Of a DNA stretch of 64,000 nt, positions 10,956-23,452 are shown piece after piece (within the stretch, counting starts at the first letter, position 1; every line of letters begins with the position of its first letter). The stretch is from Methanothermococcus sp. Ax23 (GTDB lineage: Archaea; AGJL01; Methanococci; Methanococcales; Methanococcaceae): the NCBI RefSeq assembly GCF_049075655.1, contig NZ_CP157522.1:1598949-1662948 (forward strand), in the 5' to 3' direction. A model generated the notes under the pieces. The model was not told the DNA's origin. It saw only the letters and a program-made list of their open reading frames with translations, and did not search any database. Made by a program: the position numbers and the translations under genes.

Positions 10956-11156
10956 TTTACGAAATAAAAAAGCGCGTGAAAATATGCCTAAAATCAAAGA
11001 TTTTATATATTCACTATCTAAAATTCCCTATGGGAATTTTACGAAATAAAAAACTCGAAGAGTTTTTAATTTAAAAAAAGAAAAACCGTGAAAATATACC
11101 TAAAATCAAAGATTTTATATATTTTCACTATAAAAAAAGAAAATCGTGAAAATATG
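10956..11156. repeat. Nested duplications of the rpe RBS/start region interleaved with tri-loop hairpins
   Basis: cgtgaaaatat occurs at 10975, 11087 and 11145; 10975-11017 matches 11087-11131; hairpins aaaattccc-tat-gggaatttt, aaaaactc-gaa-gagttttt and aaaatc-aaa-gatttt (twice). Confidence 0.8.
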
Positions 11157-11813
11157 GTAAAAATAGGAGCATCCATTCTCTCAGCAAATTATGGATATTT
11201 AAAAGACGAAGTAAAAAAGGTAGAAAAAGCAGGTGTAGATTTCATCCACATAGACATGATGGATGGACATTTTGTTCCTAATCTAAGTATGGGAATTGGC
11301 ATTTCAAAATATATAAAAGACATAACCAATTTGCCAACAGACGTTCATTTAATGGTGGAAAATCCAGACCTATTTATCCCAATACTTGCAAATGATGCGG
11401 ATATGATTACCTTCCACATAGAGACCTGCAAATTTCCATTCAGGACTATAAATTTAATAAAAGAAAGCGGTTCTAAACCAATAGTAGCACTAAATCCATC
11501 AACACCAATTGACACTATTGAATATATTTTAGAAGATTTATATGGCGTTCTCGTAATGACTGTTGAACCAGGATTTGCTGGTCAAAAATTCATTACTCCA
11601 ATGTTAAAAAAGATAGATAGGCTAAAAAATATAATTCTTAAAGAAGGATATGATACAAAGATTTTTGTTGATGGAGGGGTAAATTCAGAAACTGCCCCAA
11701 AAGCCGTTGAAGCTGGTGCCGATGTGCTCATTGCAGCCTCTGCAATCTATAAAAAAGAGAACATTGAAGAGGCTGTTATGAGTTTAAAAGCTTCTGCGAA
11801 ATTTAAAAAATAA
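11154..11813 (+). CDS. rpe: Ribulose-phosphate 3-epimerase
   Basis: HIDMMDGHFVPNL, DVHLMV, MTVEPGFAGQ and VDGG motifs; start ATG 11154. Confidence 0.95.
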   Translation: MVKIGASILSANYGYLKDEVKKVEKAGVDFIHIDMMDGHFVPNLSMGIGISKYIKDITNLPTDVHLMVENPDLFIPILANDADMITFHIETCKFPFRTINLIKESGSKPIVALNPSTPIDTIEYILEDLYGVLVMTVEPGFAGQKFITPMLKKIDRLKNIILKEGYDTKIFVDGGVNSETAPKAVEAGADVLIAASAIYKKENIEEAVMSLKASAKFKK

Positions 11814-11857
11814 GTTATTTCTTTTTTATTTATAAAATTAAATTTTACGGTGAAACT

Positions 11858-12805
11858 ATGGAATACAAACTTGGAGAAAAGAAAGCGATGAGAAATGCCT
11901 ATGGAGAAACCTTGGTTGAATTGGGAAAAAAATATCCAAATTTAGTAGTTCTTGATGCAGATTTATCAGGTTCAACAAAAACAGGGATGTTTGCAAAAGA
12001 ATATCCTGACAGATTCTTTAACGCAGGTATTGCGGAGCAGAATATGGTAGGTATGGCAGCAGGACTTGCAAGAACTGGAAAAATAGTATTTGCATCAACA
12101 TTTGCCATGTTTGCAAGCGGAAGGGCATGGGAGCAGATAAGAAACTCTGTTGCTTATACAGATTTAAACGTAAAGATTGTTGCGACCCACAGTGGTATAA
12201 CCGTAGGGGAAGATGGAGCAACACACCAGATGACCGAAGATATTGCCATAATGAGGGCAATACCAAACATGAAAGTAATTGCCCCCAGTGATTACTATGA
12301 AACAAAACATGTAATAAGATGGTGTGCTGAATATGATGGTCCAGTTTATGTTAGGATGCCGAGGGGGAATACAGAAACAATATTTAAAGACGAAGAAGAT
12401 GCCAAATTTGAATTTAGGAAGGCAAGAATTTTAAAGGAAGGAAAAGATTTAACAATCATTGCTACTGGAGAGTTAGTTCCAGAGGCAATAAAGGCATCCG
12501 CCATATTGAAAGAAAATGGAATAGATGCAGAAGTAATATCCATGCCAACCATAAAGCCAATTGATGAAGAGGCTGTGATAAACTCCAACGATTTTATAGT
12601 TTCACTTGAAGACCACAATATTATAGGTGGATTGGGAGGAGCTCTATCAGAAGTTATAGCAACATACGGATTAAATAAAAAACTTTTAAAAATCGGTATA
12701 AACGATGAGTTTGGAATTTCTGGAAAAGCGGAAGAACTTTTAAAATACTACAAATTGGATGGCGAGAGTGTAGCTAAAAGGATAATGGAAGAATATAATA
12801 AATAA
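11858..12805 (+). CDS. Transketolase, C-terminal subunit
   Basis: LDADLSGST, GIAEQNM and GEDGATHQ motifs. Confidence 0.95.
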   Translation: MEYKLGEKKAMRNAYGETLVELGKKYPNLVVLDADLSGSTKTGMFAKEYPDRFFNAGIAEQNMVGMAAGLARTGKIVFASTFAMFASGRAWEQIRNSVAYTDLNVKIVATHSGITVGEDGATHQMTEDIAIMRAIPNMKVIAPSDYYETKHVIRWCAEYDGPVYVRMPRGNTETIFKDEEDAKFEFRKARILKEGKDLTIIATGELVPEAIKASAILKENGIDAEVISMPTIKPIDEEAVINSNDFIVSLEDHNIIGGLGGALSEVIATYGLNKKLLKIGINDEFGISGKAEELLKYYKLDGESVAKRIMEEYNK

Positions 12806-12856
12806 TATAGTATAGAATAATAAATAATATTTACTTTTAATCTTTTTAGTGATATT

Positions 12857-13651
12857 ATGAAAAAAATAGGAATTCTTGAAATTTTAGTTGTGCTCGCCAT
12901 ATTGATTACTTCGGGAGCTCTGGCATATAAATTTATAAATTCCAATAATAATAGCAGTGGCTACGAATTTGATGGAGACCAAATGTATAAATGTGCATGG
13001 GTTTCTGAAAAGATAATGAACAAAAATTTCCCGCTGTATGCCCATGTGAAAGGAAAATGGACTTCATCTAAGGAAGAGTTTAACGACACCCTGTTGATTA
13101 CCGGAGCTCGTGGGGGAACTCTTTATGCAATATACAAAAACCAATCCATTACAATTGGGGGAGAAATGGCATATGTCGAAGATATTGCCGCTAAAAAGAT
13201 AATTTTAAAACCTTTGGGAAATTCGATAGTTGAATACCAAATAAATCCAATTGATGGAAACTCATTTAAAGAAATCAAAAATAAAATAGAAAGCACAGAA
13301 TATAAATATAAAAATCTAAATTTAACGATACTTAAAACATATATCGCATGTTCGATTGCAGCAGATTCAAAAACTTTTGCACCATCAGAACAGCAACATA
13401 TTAAAAATAACCTATATTTGGATTTAAATAATAAAAATAACAAATTGTCCATTTATTTTGTTGAAAATGGTTTGTTTCTAACGGGAAAATTGGATTTGGA
13501 AACATTAAATACCTTGGACGATATGATAAACCCACATAAAATCACCACTTCACAAATAACAGTATATTTGGTTGTAAATGAAACAGCCGATAAAATACCT
13601 AAAAACATAACCACATATAACAACAATTCAATAGTTATAACACTACAATAA
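12857..13651 (+). CDS. Hypothetical protein with an N-terminal membrane anchor
   Basis: Long ORF with RBS; single N-terminal hydrophobic helix; first gene of an apparent membrane-protein operon. Confidence 0.75.
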   Translation: MKKIGILEILVVLAILITSGALAYKFINSNNNSSGYEFDGDQMYKCAWVSEKIMNKNFPLYAHVKGKWTSSKEEFNDTLLITGARGGTLYAIYKNQSITIGGEMAYVEDIAAKKIILKPLGNSIVEYQINPIDGNSFKEIKNKIESTEYKYKNLNLTILKTYIACSIAADSKTFAPSEQQHIKNNLYLDLNNKNNKLSIYFVENGLFLTGKLDLETLNTLDDMINPHKITTSQITVYLVVNETADKIPKNITTYNNNSIVITLQ

Positions 13652-13659
13652 TAAAAGGA

Positions 13660-14802
13660 ATGAATATGGAGCTCCTAAAAAACCATTTAAGGAATATTGA
13701 TGTAAATGAAAAAATTAAAGCACATCATTTATTTGTGCTACTAACTTCTTTTTATATCTTATTTTCCAGCATATCATCTTTTTCAGGATTTTTAGCACTA
13801 TTTAGTGCAATTTTCTTTTATATGTCCTACATTGTAGGGGAGAGACTATATTATATTTTAAACTTAGATGATATTTCCAACTGTGCCAGCATATTTAATT
13901 TAAAAAAACCATACAGGCCAAATTATCCAAAACATTATAAATTTGGATTGTTTTTAATGTTTATTGGTATATTGTTTATATTTTTTGATATTTTATGGGT
14001 AAAAGATATTCCGCTTTTTGACCCAACTTCAAGAAGATTTTTAAATGTGCCATTTACCGCTTTATCCCATCTTTTGCTTTTGGGTTGGGCAATAGCAGCT
14101 GCTTCAAATTTATCATTAAATAAAATAAAAGTTATAGTGTATTCCATTGTTTTTTCAGCATTGATTATGCTTTTAGGATATAGGACAAATGTTATGATAT
14201 TGTTTTTGTCTATACTTTTTGTAATGTATTATTCTAACAAAATAAAAACAAAAGAGTTAATTTATTCGACTTTTGGAATATTTTTAATACTGCTTTCCAT
14301 GTCAATATTAAGGCTTTATGTATTGGGAAGCGGTGGAAATCCAATATTTTCAAGAATAGATTTAACTATGAGTATTTTTGATATTATCGTTAAGAATTTT
14401 AACGGGGTGTTTAATGGACTTATACATTACTGTTCAATTTATTCCTATATTGGGACATTTCCAGGTCCAAGAACTGTTGTGGCAAATAGCATAGGTGTTT
14501 ATGGAGTTACAATAACCCCGACGATTTTTGGAGCGGTGATTGGAGATTATGGAACACTTGGAATTATCCCATACTTTGGTATTTTAGGTATATTTTTAGG
14601 TTTATTTTATAAAATCTCTGAAAGTTTAAAAGGTATTTATTTGGGAGTTTATGCCATTCTAATATCATATCTATTGGTGGGTATTGAAACAGGTATTTTA
14701 GATTTTGATGTAATTTTATTTTATATATTTGGATTTATATTATGCATATATATAATATTATTAAAAATTTTAAATAAATTAAAAAAACTAAAAAGGGAAT
14801 AA
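13660..14802 (+). CDS. Wzy-like oligosaccharide repeat unit polymerase family membrane protein
   Basis: Polytopic; IPLFD..R, LLGYR and ITPTIFGAVIGDYG motifs. Confidence 0.7.
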   Translation: MNMELLKNHLRNIDVNEKIKAHHLFVLLTSFYILFSSISSFSGFLALFSAIFFYMSYIVGERLYYILNLDDISNCASIFNLKKPYRPNYPKHYKFGLFLMFIGILFIFFDILWVKDIPLFDPTSRRFLNVPFTALSHLLLLGWAIAAASNLSLNKIKVIVYSIVFSALIMLLGYRTNVMILFLSILFVMYYSNKIKTKELIYSTFGIFLILLSMSILRLYVLGSGGNPIFSRIDLTMSIFDIIVKNFNGVFNGLIHYCSIYSYIGTFPGPRTVVANSIGVYGVTITPTIFGAVIGDYGTLGIIPYFGILGIFLGLFYKISESLKGIYLGVYAILISYLLVGIETGILDFDVILFYIFGFILCIYIILLKILNKLKKLKRE

Positions 14803-14812
14803 AGGGGTTTAA

Positions 14813-16078
14813 ATGAATTTAAGTGTTTTAAATAAATATAAATATAAATTAGACCATCCGGTAATAATAGTGTTAGCTGGACATTTGGTAATCTTTTTCC
14901 TAGCTATGCCTTATTTTTATAAATTTAATCCCTATTCATTATTAAAAATATTTTTAGTAATTTTTTTATATATTTTATTTTATTCGTTGCCTTTTTTAGT
15001 GGATAATCACATAAAGGGTAAAAATATCGCAAATATAATGAATAAATATATAAATAATTCCTATGTTTATTCGATACTGCTGTTTGTCATCATATATTAT
15101 GGAGTATTCACTATTACAAATTCTTTTTTACTATCAATCATATATCCTTTATTGGTAATTGGTGTTTTAAACCTGTTTGCTAAATGCACTTATTCATCAA
15201 ATAATAACACCAATAATAATTACGACAATAATAATGGCAATTTTGGTAATTTTCTTCAAAAATATTCTACTTCTGCTTTTAAATTTCTGTCCAAATATAT
15301 GAGTGAGATAATATTCGGGATAGGAATTATTTCATTTATACTGATTGTAATCAACTACAATGCAATTCCATTATTTAATTATGATGTAAGAATGAAAATC
15401 TCCGCTGACCCATTGCGGTTAATTTCCACAGGAGCTCTGGTTTATGGTGGGATTAATAATATATTTTATTTTATAATTTCCTTTATTCTTATTGCACTAT
15501 TGGGCTATAAAGCGGGGATTTTAATTTTATGCGTTTCATTTTTAATATATACATACAGAACTAAAAAAATTCCTATAAAATGGCTATTAATGTCCTGTGC
15601 TGGATTGATTATATTTCTGGCAATTATGGCAAAAGTTATTTTACTATCATCAGGTCAAAACTGGAAAATCGGAGTTTTAGGGATTTTATCATATAGGGCC
15701 TACTTTGACATGCTTGTGCTGGAAAAAATATTAAACTATCCTAACTTAATGCTTGGAAACATATTATTTAATCCCGTAGGTGAGAAACTCATCGGCGAGA
15801 TTTTATTTAATTACCCTCACAATATTACCTCAACAATGTTTGGACCAATTTATTTAGATTTTGGAATATCTGGATTGTTCTTTGCATTGTTATTGGGTAT
15901 GGCAAGTAAATTAATATATAATGGAGATAAAAAATTGTATGCAATATATGCATCCATCCTTTTATCAATGTGTGAAATCGGTATCAACTACGGGTTTTTG
16001 ATTGTATTGTTAGTGTTGTTGTATGTAAATTCGTTGATTAATAACCCGCATTGTGCTGCAATTAGCAAAATAACCTGA
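14813..16078 (+). CDS. Wzy-like oligosaccharide repeat unit polymerase family membrane protein (paralog)
   Basis: IPLFNYDVR, LLGYK and ITSTMFGPIYLDFG motifs parallel those of the upstream gene. Confidence 0.7.
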   Translation: MNLSVLNKYKYKLDHPVIIVLAGHLVIFFLAMPYFYKFNPYSLLKIFLVIFLYILFYSLPFLVDNHIKGKNIANIMNKYINNSYVYSILLFVIIYYGVFTITNSFLLSIIYPLLVIGVLNLFAKCTYSSNNNTNNNYDNNNGNFGNFLQKYSTSAFKFLSKYMSEIIFGIGIISFILIVINYNAIPLFNYDVRMKISADPLRLISTGALVYGGINNIFYFIISFILIALLGYKAGILILCVSFLIYTYRTKKIPIKWLLMSCAGLIIFLAIMAKVILLSSGQNWKIGVLGILSYRAYFDMLVLEKILNYPNLMLGNILFNPVGEKLIGEILFNYPHNITSTMFGPIYLDFGISGLFFALLLGMASKLIYNGDKKLYAIYASILLSMCEIGINYGFLIVLLVLLYVNSLINNPHCAAISKIT

Positions 16079-16093
16079 GTAAAAAAACTCTCT

Positions 16094-17245
16094 GTGGTAT
16101 TTATGATGTCATATGTAGATAATAATGTTGAAGATATTGATAATATTGAAGTTATGAAAAATATTAAACTTAAAGAAATGAAAAAAGATAACAAATATCT
16201 TGTTATTGTTGTTGATATGGATGATGATATTGGCAGAAAAGCAAATATTAAAACTCCAATTTTGGGGAGAGTTGATTGTATAAATACAGCCATAAAATTG
16301 GGATTATCAGACCCTGGGGATACTGATACAAACTCAATACTTGGGGGTATAAAACTTTACGATGAATTGAAAAAAGAAGGAAAAGATGTAGAGCTCGCCA
16401 TAATATCGGGGCATAAAAATGTCGAATCTGAGGAATGTGCGAAAAAGATAAAAGAACAGCTTGATTTTTTAATGTATCTATATGAACCTAATTTTATATA
16501 TCTCGTCTCAGACGGAAAAGAGGATGAAATGGTATTAAAATATTTGGAAAATAAAGATACATTTGTATGGAAAAAAAGAATTATTGTAAAACAAAATGAA
16601 TCTTTGGAATCCACATACTACCTAATTCAGGAATTTCTCAAAAAGACCATGTCTCAATATGTTCCATTCATATTTACATCCATTGGTTTTGCCATGGTTA
16701 TTTATGCCATATTTGCAGATTTGGGATGGAGGATAATTGCAGGTATGGTTGGTTTATATATTCTTTCAGAAGGTTCTGGATTAACTCATGCATTGAAGAA
16801 ATCATTTACAGAAGGTAAAAAAGGTCTTGAATTTGGGAAACTTACGCCCATAGGAAATATCATAAGTATATCGGTAATTCTTGTAGGCACACTATATGCC
16901 TACAATGCATCTTATCGTCTGGATTTTATTCAGTCCATTGGAAGCTTTATTTATAATTTTGCCAATCCATTGGCATTGGGTCTTTTAATATATATCACAG
17001 TTCATTTTATAGATGATATAATATATACAAATAAAGAAATGCTCAAATTGTTAAAGGGATTTTTCTTTAAAATAATTGTTATATTTATGTCAAGGGAAAT
17101 ATTATTTGAATTTTCAAAATTCCTGGGCGGAAAAGTTTCATTTACAACAGTTATCGTATATGTAATAGTATATATTGCTCTACTTATTATACTATCTTCG
17201 ATATTATTTTACAAACAAAATAAAGATAATCTTAAACCGAAATGA
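16094..17245 (+). CDS. DUF373-family membrane protein (start uncertain)
   Basis: VDMDDDIGRKA, DPGDTDTN and VSDGKED motifs followed by TM helices. Confidence 0.8.
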   Translation: MVFMMSYVDNNVEDIDNIEVMKNIKLKEMKKDNKYLVIVVDMDDDIGRKANIKTPILGRVDCINTAIKLGLSDPGDTDTNSILGGIKLYDELKKEGKDVELAIISGHKNVESEECAKKIKEQLDFLMYLYEPNFIYLVSDGKEDEMVLKYLENKDTFVWKKRIIVKQNESLESTYYLIQEFLKKTMSQYVPFIFTSIGFAMVIYAIFADLGWRIIAGMVGLYILSEGSGLTHALKKSFTEGKKGLEFGKLTPIGNIISISVILVGTLYAYNASYRLDFIQSIGSFIYNFANPLALGLLIYITVHFIDDIIYTNKEMLKLLKGFFFKIIVIFMSREILFEFSKFLGGKVSFTTVIVYVIVYIALLIILSSILFYKQNKDNLKPK

Positions 17246-17352
17246 GAACTAAGATTAAGAATTAATTAAAAATAATAATTTAAAAAATTAATATAGTTTA
17301 AGATAATACAAGTAATAACAAATATATTTAACAAATTGGTTGTTGGGAGAGT

Positions 17353-18303
17353 ATGTTAAAAATCTTAGGATATGACAACATTGACTTAAAAAAAATAACA
17401 ATGGATGAATTAAGTGAAGATTATACATTAATATGGATAGATTGTTACGCTCCATCCAACGAGGAACTTCTCGAAGTATCTAAAAAAATAGATATCGAAG
17501 TGGAAGAATTAAAAGTAGGATTGGATGAACAGGAAGTTCCTAGGGTTGAAGAAGAAGATGAATATTATTTAATAATTTATAAAGCACCACTATTTGAAGA
17601 GGATATCACAACAACCTCTTTTGGGATTTATATAAAAGATAATATTATATTAACAATCCATAGTGATAAGATAAAATCCATAGGAAAAATATACAACCTT
17701 TTAAAAACAAAAAAACCAAAAGTTCTATTGGATAGGGGAAAAGGGTTTTTTTTGTATATTTTATTGAATCAAATTACTTTAAGTTATTCAAGGATTATTC
17801 TTAATTTGGAAGATGAACTGGATAGATTGGAGAATGTTCTTCTACAAGACCAAAACAAGAACATAACTGGGGAAATCCTCCAACTTAGAAAAACTCTCGT
17901 ATATTTCCACAAGGCGTTAGTATCAAACAAAGATGTTCTATCAATTTTAAAACGAAAATACTTGCCAATTACAACACAGGACGATAGAGAACATATTGAA
18001 GACCTTTACTACGACACATTGCAGTTAATAGATATGGAAACCACATATAGAGAATTGCTCGTTTCAATGATGGATATGAGCTTATCTCTTGAAAACATAA
18101 GAATGAACCAGATTATGAAAATTTTAACCATGGTTACTACGCTATTTGCAGTTCCTGTCTGGATAACGGGAATTTATGGTATGAATTTTAAATTTATGCC
18201 TCTGTTGGATAATCCCTATGGATTTTGGATTGTTATGGGCGTATCATCCATTATAATTATAATTCTGTTGTATATATTTATAAGAGAAAAATGGATAAGA
18301 TGA
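17353..18303 (+). CDS. corA: Magnesium/cobalt transporter CorA
   Basis: YGMNF signature and two C-terminal TM helices. Confidence 0.95.
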   Translation: MLKILGYDNIDLKKITMDELSEDYTLIWIDCYAPSNEELLEVSKKIDIEVEELKVGLDEQEVPRVEEEDEYYLIIYKAPLFEEDITTTSFGIYIKDNIILTIHSDKIKSIGKIYNLLKTKKPKVLLDRGKGFFLYILLNQITLSYSRIILNLEDELDRLENVLLQDQNKNITGEILQLRKTLVYFHKALVSNKDVLSILKRKYLPITTQDDREHIEDLYYDTLQLIDMETTYRELLVSMMDMSLSLENIRMNQIMKILTMVTTLFAVPVWITGIYGMNFKFMPLLDNPYGFWIVMGVSSIIIIILLYIFIREKWIR

Positions 18304-18386
18304 AATTAAGGAATATGTTTTTTAAATCTGAGCTCAGGATGAATTGAATGATAAAGTTATAATGGTAAAATTAAATTGGTGATATT

Positions 18387-18656
18387 GTGAGGGAAATAAT
18401 TATTTGGCCGGTTTATTTAGATGGTGAAAAAAGCAGAAAAGAAGGACGAAAAGTACCAAAAGAATTAGGGGTTAAAAATCCAAAATTAAAAGACATATTC
18501 AATGCATTAAAGAAAATGGGGTATTCTGCTGAAATTGTAAAAAACAAATCCTATCCAAAAGAACATTGGGAAACATTAGGGTATATTAAGGTAAATATCG
18601 ATAATAATATTTCAAAAATGGATTTAATTAAAAAAGTTTGTAAGAATCTAAGTTAA
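18387..18656 (+). CDS. srp19: Signal recognition particle protein SRP19
   Basis: IWPVYLDGEKSRKEGRKVP motif. Confidence 0.93.
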   Translation: MREIIIWPVYLDGEKSRKEGRKVPKELGVKNPKLKDIFNALKKMGYSAEIVKNKSYPKEHWETLGYIKVNIDNNISKMDLIKKVCKNLS

Positions 18657-18678
18657 ATATAAGTTAAATATAGGACAA

Positions 18679-20157
<1,479 letters not shown>

Positions 20158-20193
20158 TTAAAATCTATTTCTAATGTTTATTAATTATTACTT

Positions 20194-21510
20194 TTACATT
20201 TCAATTACATACTTGCTATCAAATGATTTAAAACCAGTTAATTCTTCAAGAGACTTTCCCCTTAACAATTCACGAGTTATTCTTTTTCCATCTTCAACAG
20301 AAGGTTGGTTGAATGCGTTTATTTCAAGGAGTTCACCCATAAATGCAGTTTGCATCTCATACATGTATATTAGTTTTCCAAGAGTATATTCATTTAATTC
20401 ATCTATTATAATAGAAACATTTGGGATATTCTTTGAAGTTAATGAAGCCTCAGTTCCTTCCTGTTCTGAGTTTATGAGCTCCGATAATTTATGAGCGTTT
20501 AAATAATTTGAGCTTTTAATGGTTAAGTCATGTCTGAATTCATCTACCTTTAAGAATGTGATTACCTTATCCCTTGGTCCATCTAAATAAAGTTGGAGTT
20601 GAGAGTGCTGGTCTTTTGCTCCAACAGATACAATAGGAGTCTGCCCCTTTCCATCCTTTCCAAGGCTTTCTGCCCATAACTGCCTATACCACATACCAAA
20701 TTTATGCAGTCTTTCAATATATGGCATAAGAACAGAAATTGTCTTTCCTTTATTGTATAGTATATAATGAATTACGGCATTCATAAGGGCAGGATTTTTA
20801 AAAATATCCTCATTTTTGCATAATTCATCCATTTCTCTTGCCCCTTTTACTAGCATTTCAATGTTTATGCCCATACATGACAGGGGAGCCAGCCCAACAG
20901 CAGATAATACTGAAAACCTTCCACCTACATTTTCAGGAATATCAAAAAGCATGTACCCCTCCTTCTCAGCAATATCTCGTAGCATTCCCCCATTGGCAAC
21001 CACAATAATATTTTTATTACAATTTCCAACTTTATCTATTAAACGGTCCCTAACAATCAAAAAATTTGCAAGTGTTTCAGCAGTATTTCCTGATTTGCTT
21101 ATTGCAAATACAAGTGTTTTTTCTAAATCAACCAAATTAAGAATTTCAAATGTTTTTTCTGGGTCAGAATTGTCTAAAAAATAAACTTTTTTGCTGGTTT
21201 TACGTTCATTGTAATAAATTCCTTTGACACCTTCATATACCATCTGAGCTCCTAAAACAGAACCGCCCATTCCAATAATTATAATATACTCAAAATCTTT
21301 TGAATATTTTTTTAGCATAGTATACGGGCGTAAATCCTGATGAACTAAATCCATAAATCCCAATTCTTTATTTTTATATTTTTCCAGTAATCCATTATAT
21401 GATTTGTTTATTTTATCCATTATATTTTCAATGTCTGTTGATGATACCCCTTCGTTACCTACTGTTTCTTCTATGACATTTGTATATTTAAATAAACATT
21501 TACCTTTCAT
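20194..21510 (-). CDS. pgi: Glucose-6-phosphate isomerase
   Basis: GMGGSVLG, SKSGNTAET, GGRFSVLS, QLWAESLGK and DQHSQLQL motifs. Confidence 0.95.
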   Translation of the reverse strand: MKGKCLFKYTNVIEETVGNEGVSSTDIENIMDKINKSYNGLLEKYKNKELGFMDLVHQDLRPYTMLKKYSKDFEYIIIIGMGGSVLGAQMVYEGVKGIYYNERKTSKKVYFLDNSDPEKTFEILNLVDLEKTLVFAISKSGNTAETLANFLIVRDRLIDKVGNCNKNIIVVANGGMLRDIAEKEGYMLFDIPENVGGRFSVLSAVGLAPLSCMGINIEMLVKGAREMDELCKNEDIFKNPALMNAVIHYILYNKGKTISVLMPYIERLHKFGMWYRQLWAESLGKDGKGQTPIVSVGAKDQHSQLQLYLDGPRDKVITFLKVDEFRHDLTIKSSNYLNAHKLSELINSEQEGTEASLTSKNIPNVSIIIDELNEYTLGKLIYMYEMQTAFMGELLEINAFNQPSVEDGKRITRELLRGKSLEELTGFKSFDSKYVIEM

Positions 21511-21706
21511 TATTCCCCTCTAATCTTTGCATCTAGATTATTTTTAATATACATATTTAATAGCAATTCCAAAACTAAAATATCATATTATTTAACAATA
21601 TGTTTTGAGAATCTCAATTTTAAGCGCTTTTACTTGTATTATTATATAAGATATAATATAAATATTTTAATACCACATGTTAAATTTGATTGATATCATA
21701 TAGGGA

Positions 21707-23278
21707 TTAGAAATAATGTTTATATATGGCTCCACCATAGAGTGCTTTATATTTATCTGCACTATCGTTATTTTGCCAGCTTAGATTTTTGTAGACGTGG
21801 TTATGGCAGTTTTTCATTAATGCTGTTAGAGGACCATCTTTCTCATAAGGACCTTCTGGGCAGTTAATATGCCTATAAGTTATAAACAAACATATTTCTT
21901 TTAATCTATAAAACGTCCAGTTCAAAGCATGCTCAATTCCCCATTTTAAACCATATTTGTCATAATTTTTAAATAAAATGCCGGTTGCTTTATCAAAGTT
22001 GGGATTAGTTAAGGGGTCGGGGTTTAATGGTATAATCGTATCCACCAACCCTCCAACTTCCCTCGCTATTACAGGTGTGCAATATGCCATAGATTCCATC
22101 TGGGTTAATCCACAGGGTTCCCAAACTGATGGTACAATTGTCCAATCACTTCCTGCATAAATAAGGGAGGTTAATGGAGGACAATGGCCCACTAATGAAA
22201 TAACCTTCCCATTGTATCTTTCAGCCAAATCCTTCATACCGTCTTCTATGTGTTTTTCACCTTTTGAAAGCATGATTAATCTTATATCATGTTCTTCAAA
22301 TAACTCGGGAAATGCTTCAAATATTATGTCAAATCCTTTTTGATATGTTGCACGTCCAACAAATCCTATTAATGGAGTAGTTACATCACCGCCTTTTATA
22401 TTGCCATAAATTTCAACATCTGTTCCTGAAATTCCACTTTTATCCATACTATTCCAGTCATCAACATATTTTTTTAAATTTTCAGAATTGTAAAACCATG
22501 CATATTTTATCTTTGGTTTTACAATATTGGCATCGTCTATGCCATAATCACATATAAAGGCATATTTTCTCGGGTCTAATTTGTTATCTGATAAAGACAT
22601 CATCTGTTTTATCATATTGCCTGAATTAAATATTTCAATGTCTATACCATTTAATATTCCATGAAATGGTTTTATATTACTTTGTTCCTTTATAAATTCA
22701 ATTGATTTTATTTCTTCTGCATGAGTTGGGCTTACAGTGTTAAAAGCATCACTAAAATATATTCCCAAATCTAAAAAAGACATTGTTAAGCCCTTATATT
22801 CCTTAATGGGACCTTTAAATGCTTCATTGTGTATTGTGATGGTGGTTGGTAAATCGAGTTTTTCATGACATTTTGCTATTGCAAGGCCACAAGGCCAGTC
22901 ATGACCCGAAACACAATCTACATTGTCAAATTTATCCAAATATGCTACTACTAAATCCGCAAATAAATCATACTTTAATGGGTCCCACGTATCCAATTCA
23001 TTGAAGTTTTTGTTGCTAAATGCGATTATATCCACACCAGTATTTGGATGCCTTGTTTTTATAACTTCGAATTTAAAGCTCGTCCCCTGGTATTTTATAT
23101 CCAATGTAGTTATTTTTTCATGAGGGAGATTCGAAATTTTGTTATTATGGTCGTAGGTTATAATTACTACTTCATTACCTCTATGTTTTAAAAATTTTGG
23201 CAAGTCCTGCATTACATCCCCCAAGCCCCCAATAGACGTCAAAGGTGCTATGGTCGGCGTCAATATTGCCACTTTCAA
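21707..23278 (-). CDS. glgA: Glycogen synthase (GT5)
   Basis: IGGLGDV, HDW, TIHN, GILNGID and PSVWEPCGLTQM motifs; TTG start 23278 after ggtga RBS. Confidence 0.88.
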   Translation of the reverse strand: MKVAILTPTIAPLTSIGGLGDVMQDLPKFLKHRGNEVVIITYDHNNKISNLPHEKITTLDIKYQGTSFKFEVIKTRHPNTGVDIIAFSNKNFNELDTWDPLKYDLFADLVVAYLDKFDNVDCVSGHDWPCGLAIAKCHEKLDLPTTITIHNEAFKGPIKEYKGLTMSFLDLGIYFSDAFNTVSPTHAEEIKSIEFIKEQSNIKPFHGILNGIDIEIFNSGNMIKQMMSLSDNKLDPRKYAFICDYGIDDANIVKPKIKYAWFYNSENLKKYVDDWNSMDKSGISGTDVEIYGNIKGGDVTTPLIGFVGRATYQKGFDIIFEAFPELFEEHDIRLIMLSKGEKHIEDGMKDLAERYNGKVISLVGHCPPLTSLIYAGSDWTIVPSVWEPCGLTQMESMAYCTPVIAREVGGLVDTIIPLNPDPLTNPNFDKATGILFKNYDKYGLKWGIEHALNWTFYRLKEICLFITYRHINCPEGPYEKDGPLTALMKNCHNHVYKNLSWQNNDSADKYKALYGGAIYKHYF

Positions 23279-23452
23279 AAATATCACCTTTATAATTACA
23301 TTAATATTTACATTAATAACAAAATTATATATGTTATTAGCATTATAAAAATTATGTGTCAATAACACATATCAAATATATACATGAATCAAATATACAT
23401 TAGAGAAATAAAAATAAATAAAAATAAGTAGTGTTAATAATTAAGTGATAAT

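Noticed and set aside
10800-11074. 67-aa ORF 10871-11074 and the preceding sequence as a gene
   Set aside because: It runs through the repeat/hairpin region and has no recognisable motif; a gene remnant cannot be excluded.
12857-12935. Class III (pilin-like) signal peptide
   Set aside because: Lacks the K/R-G/A cleavage site with Glu at +5; more likely a simple membrane anchor.
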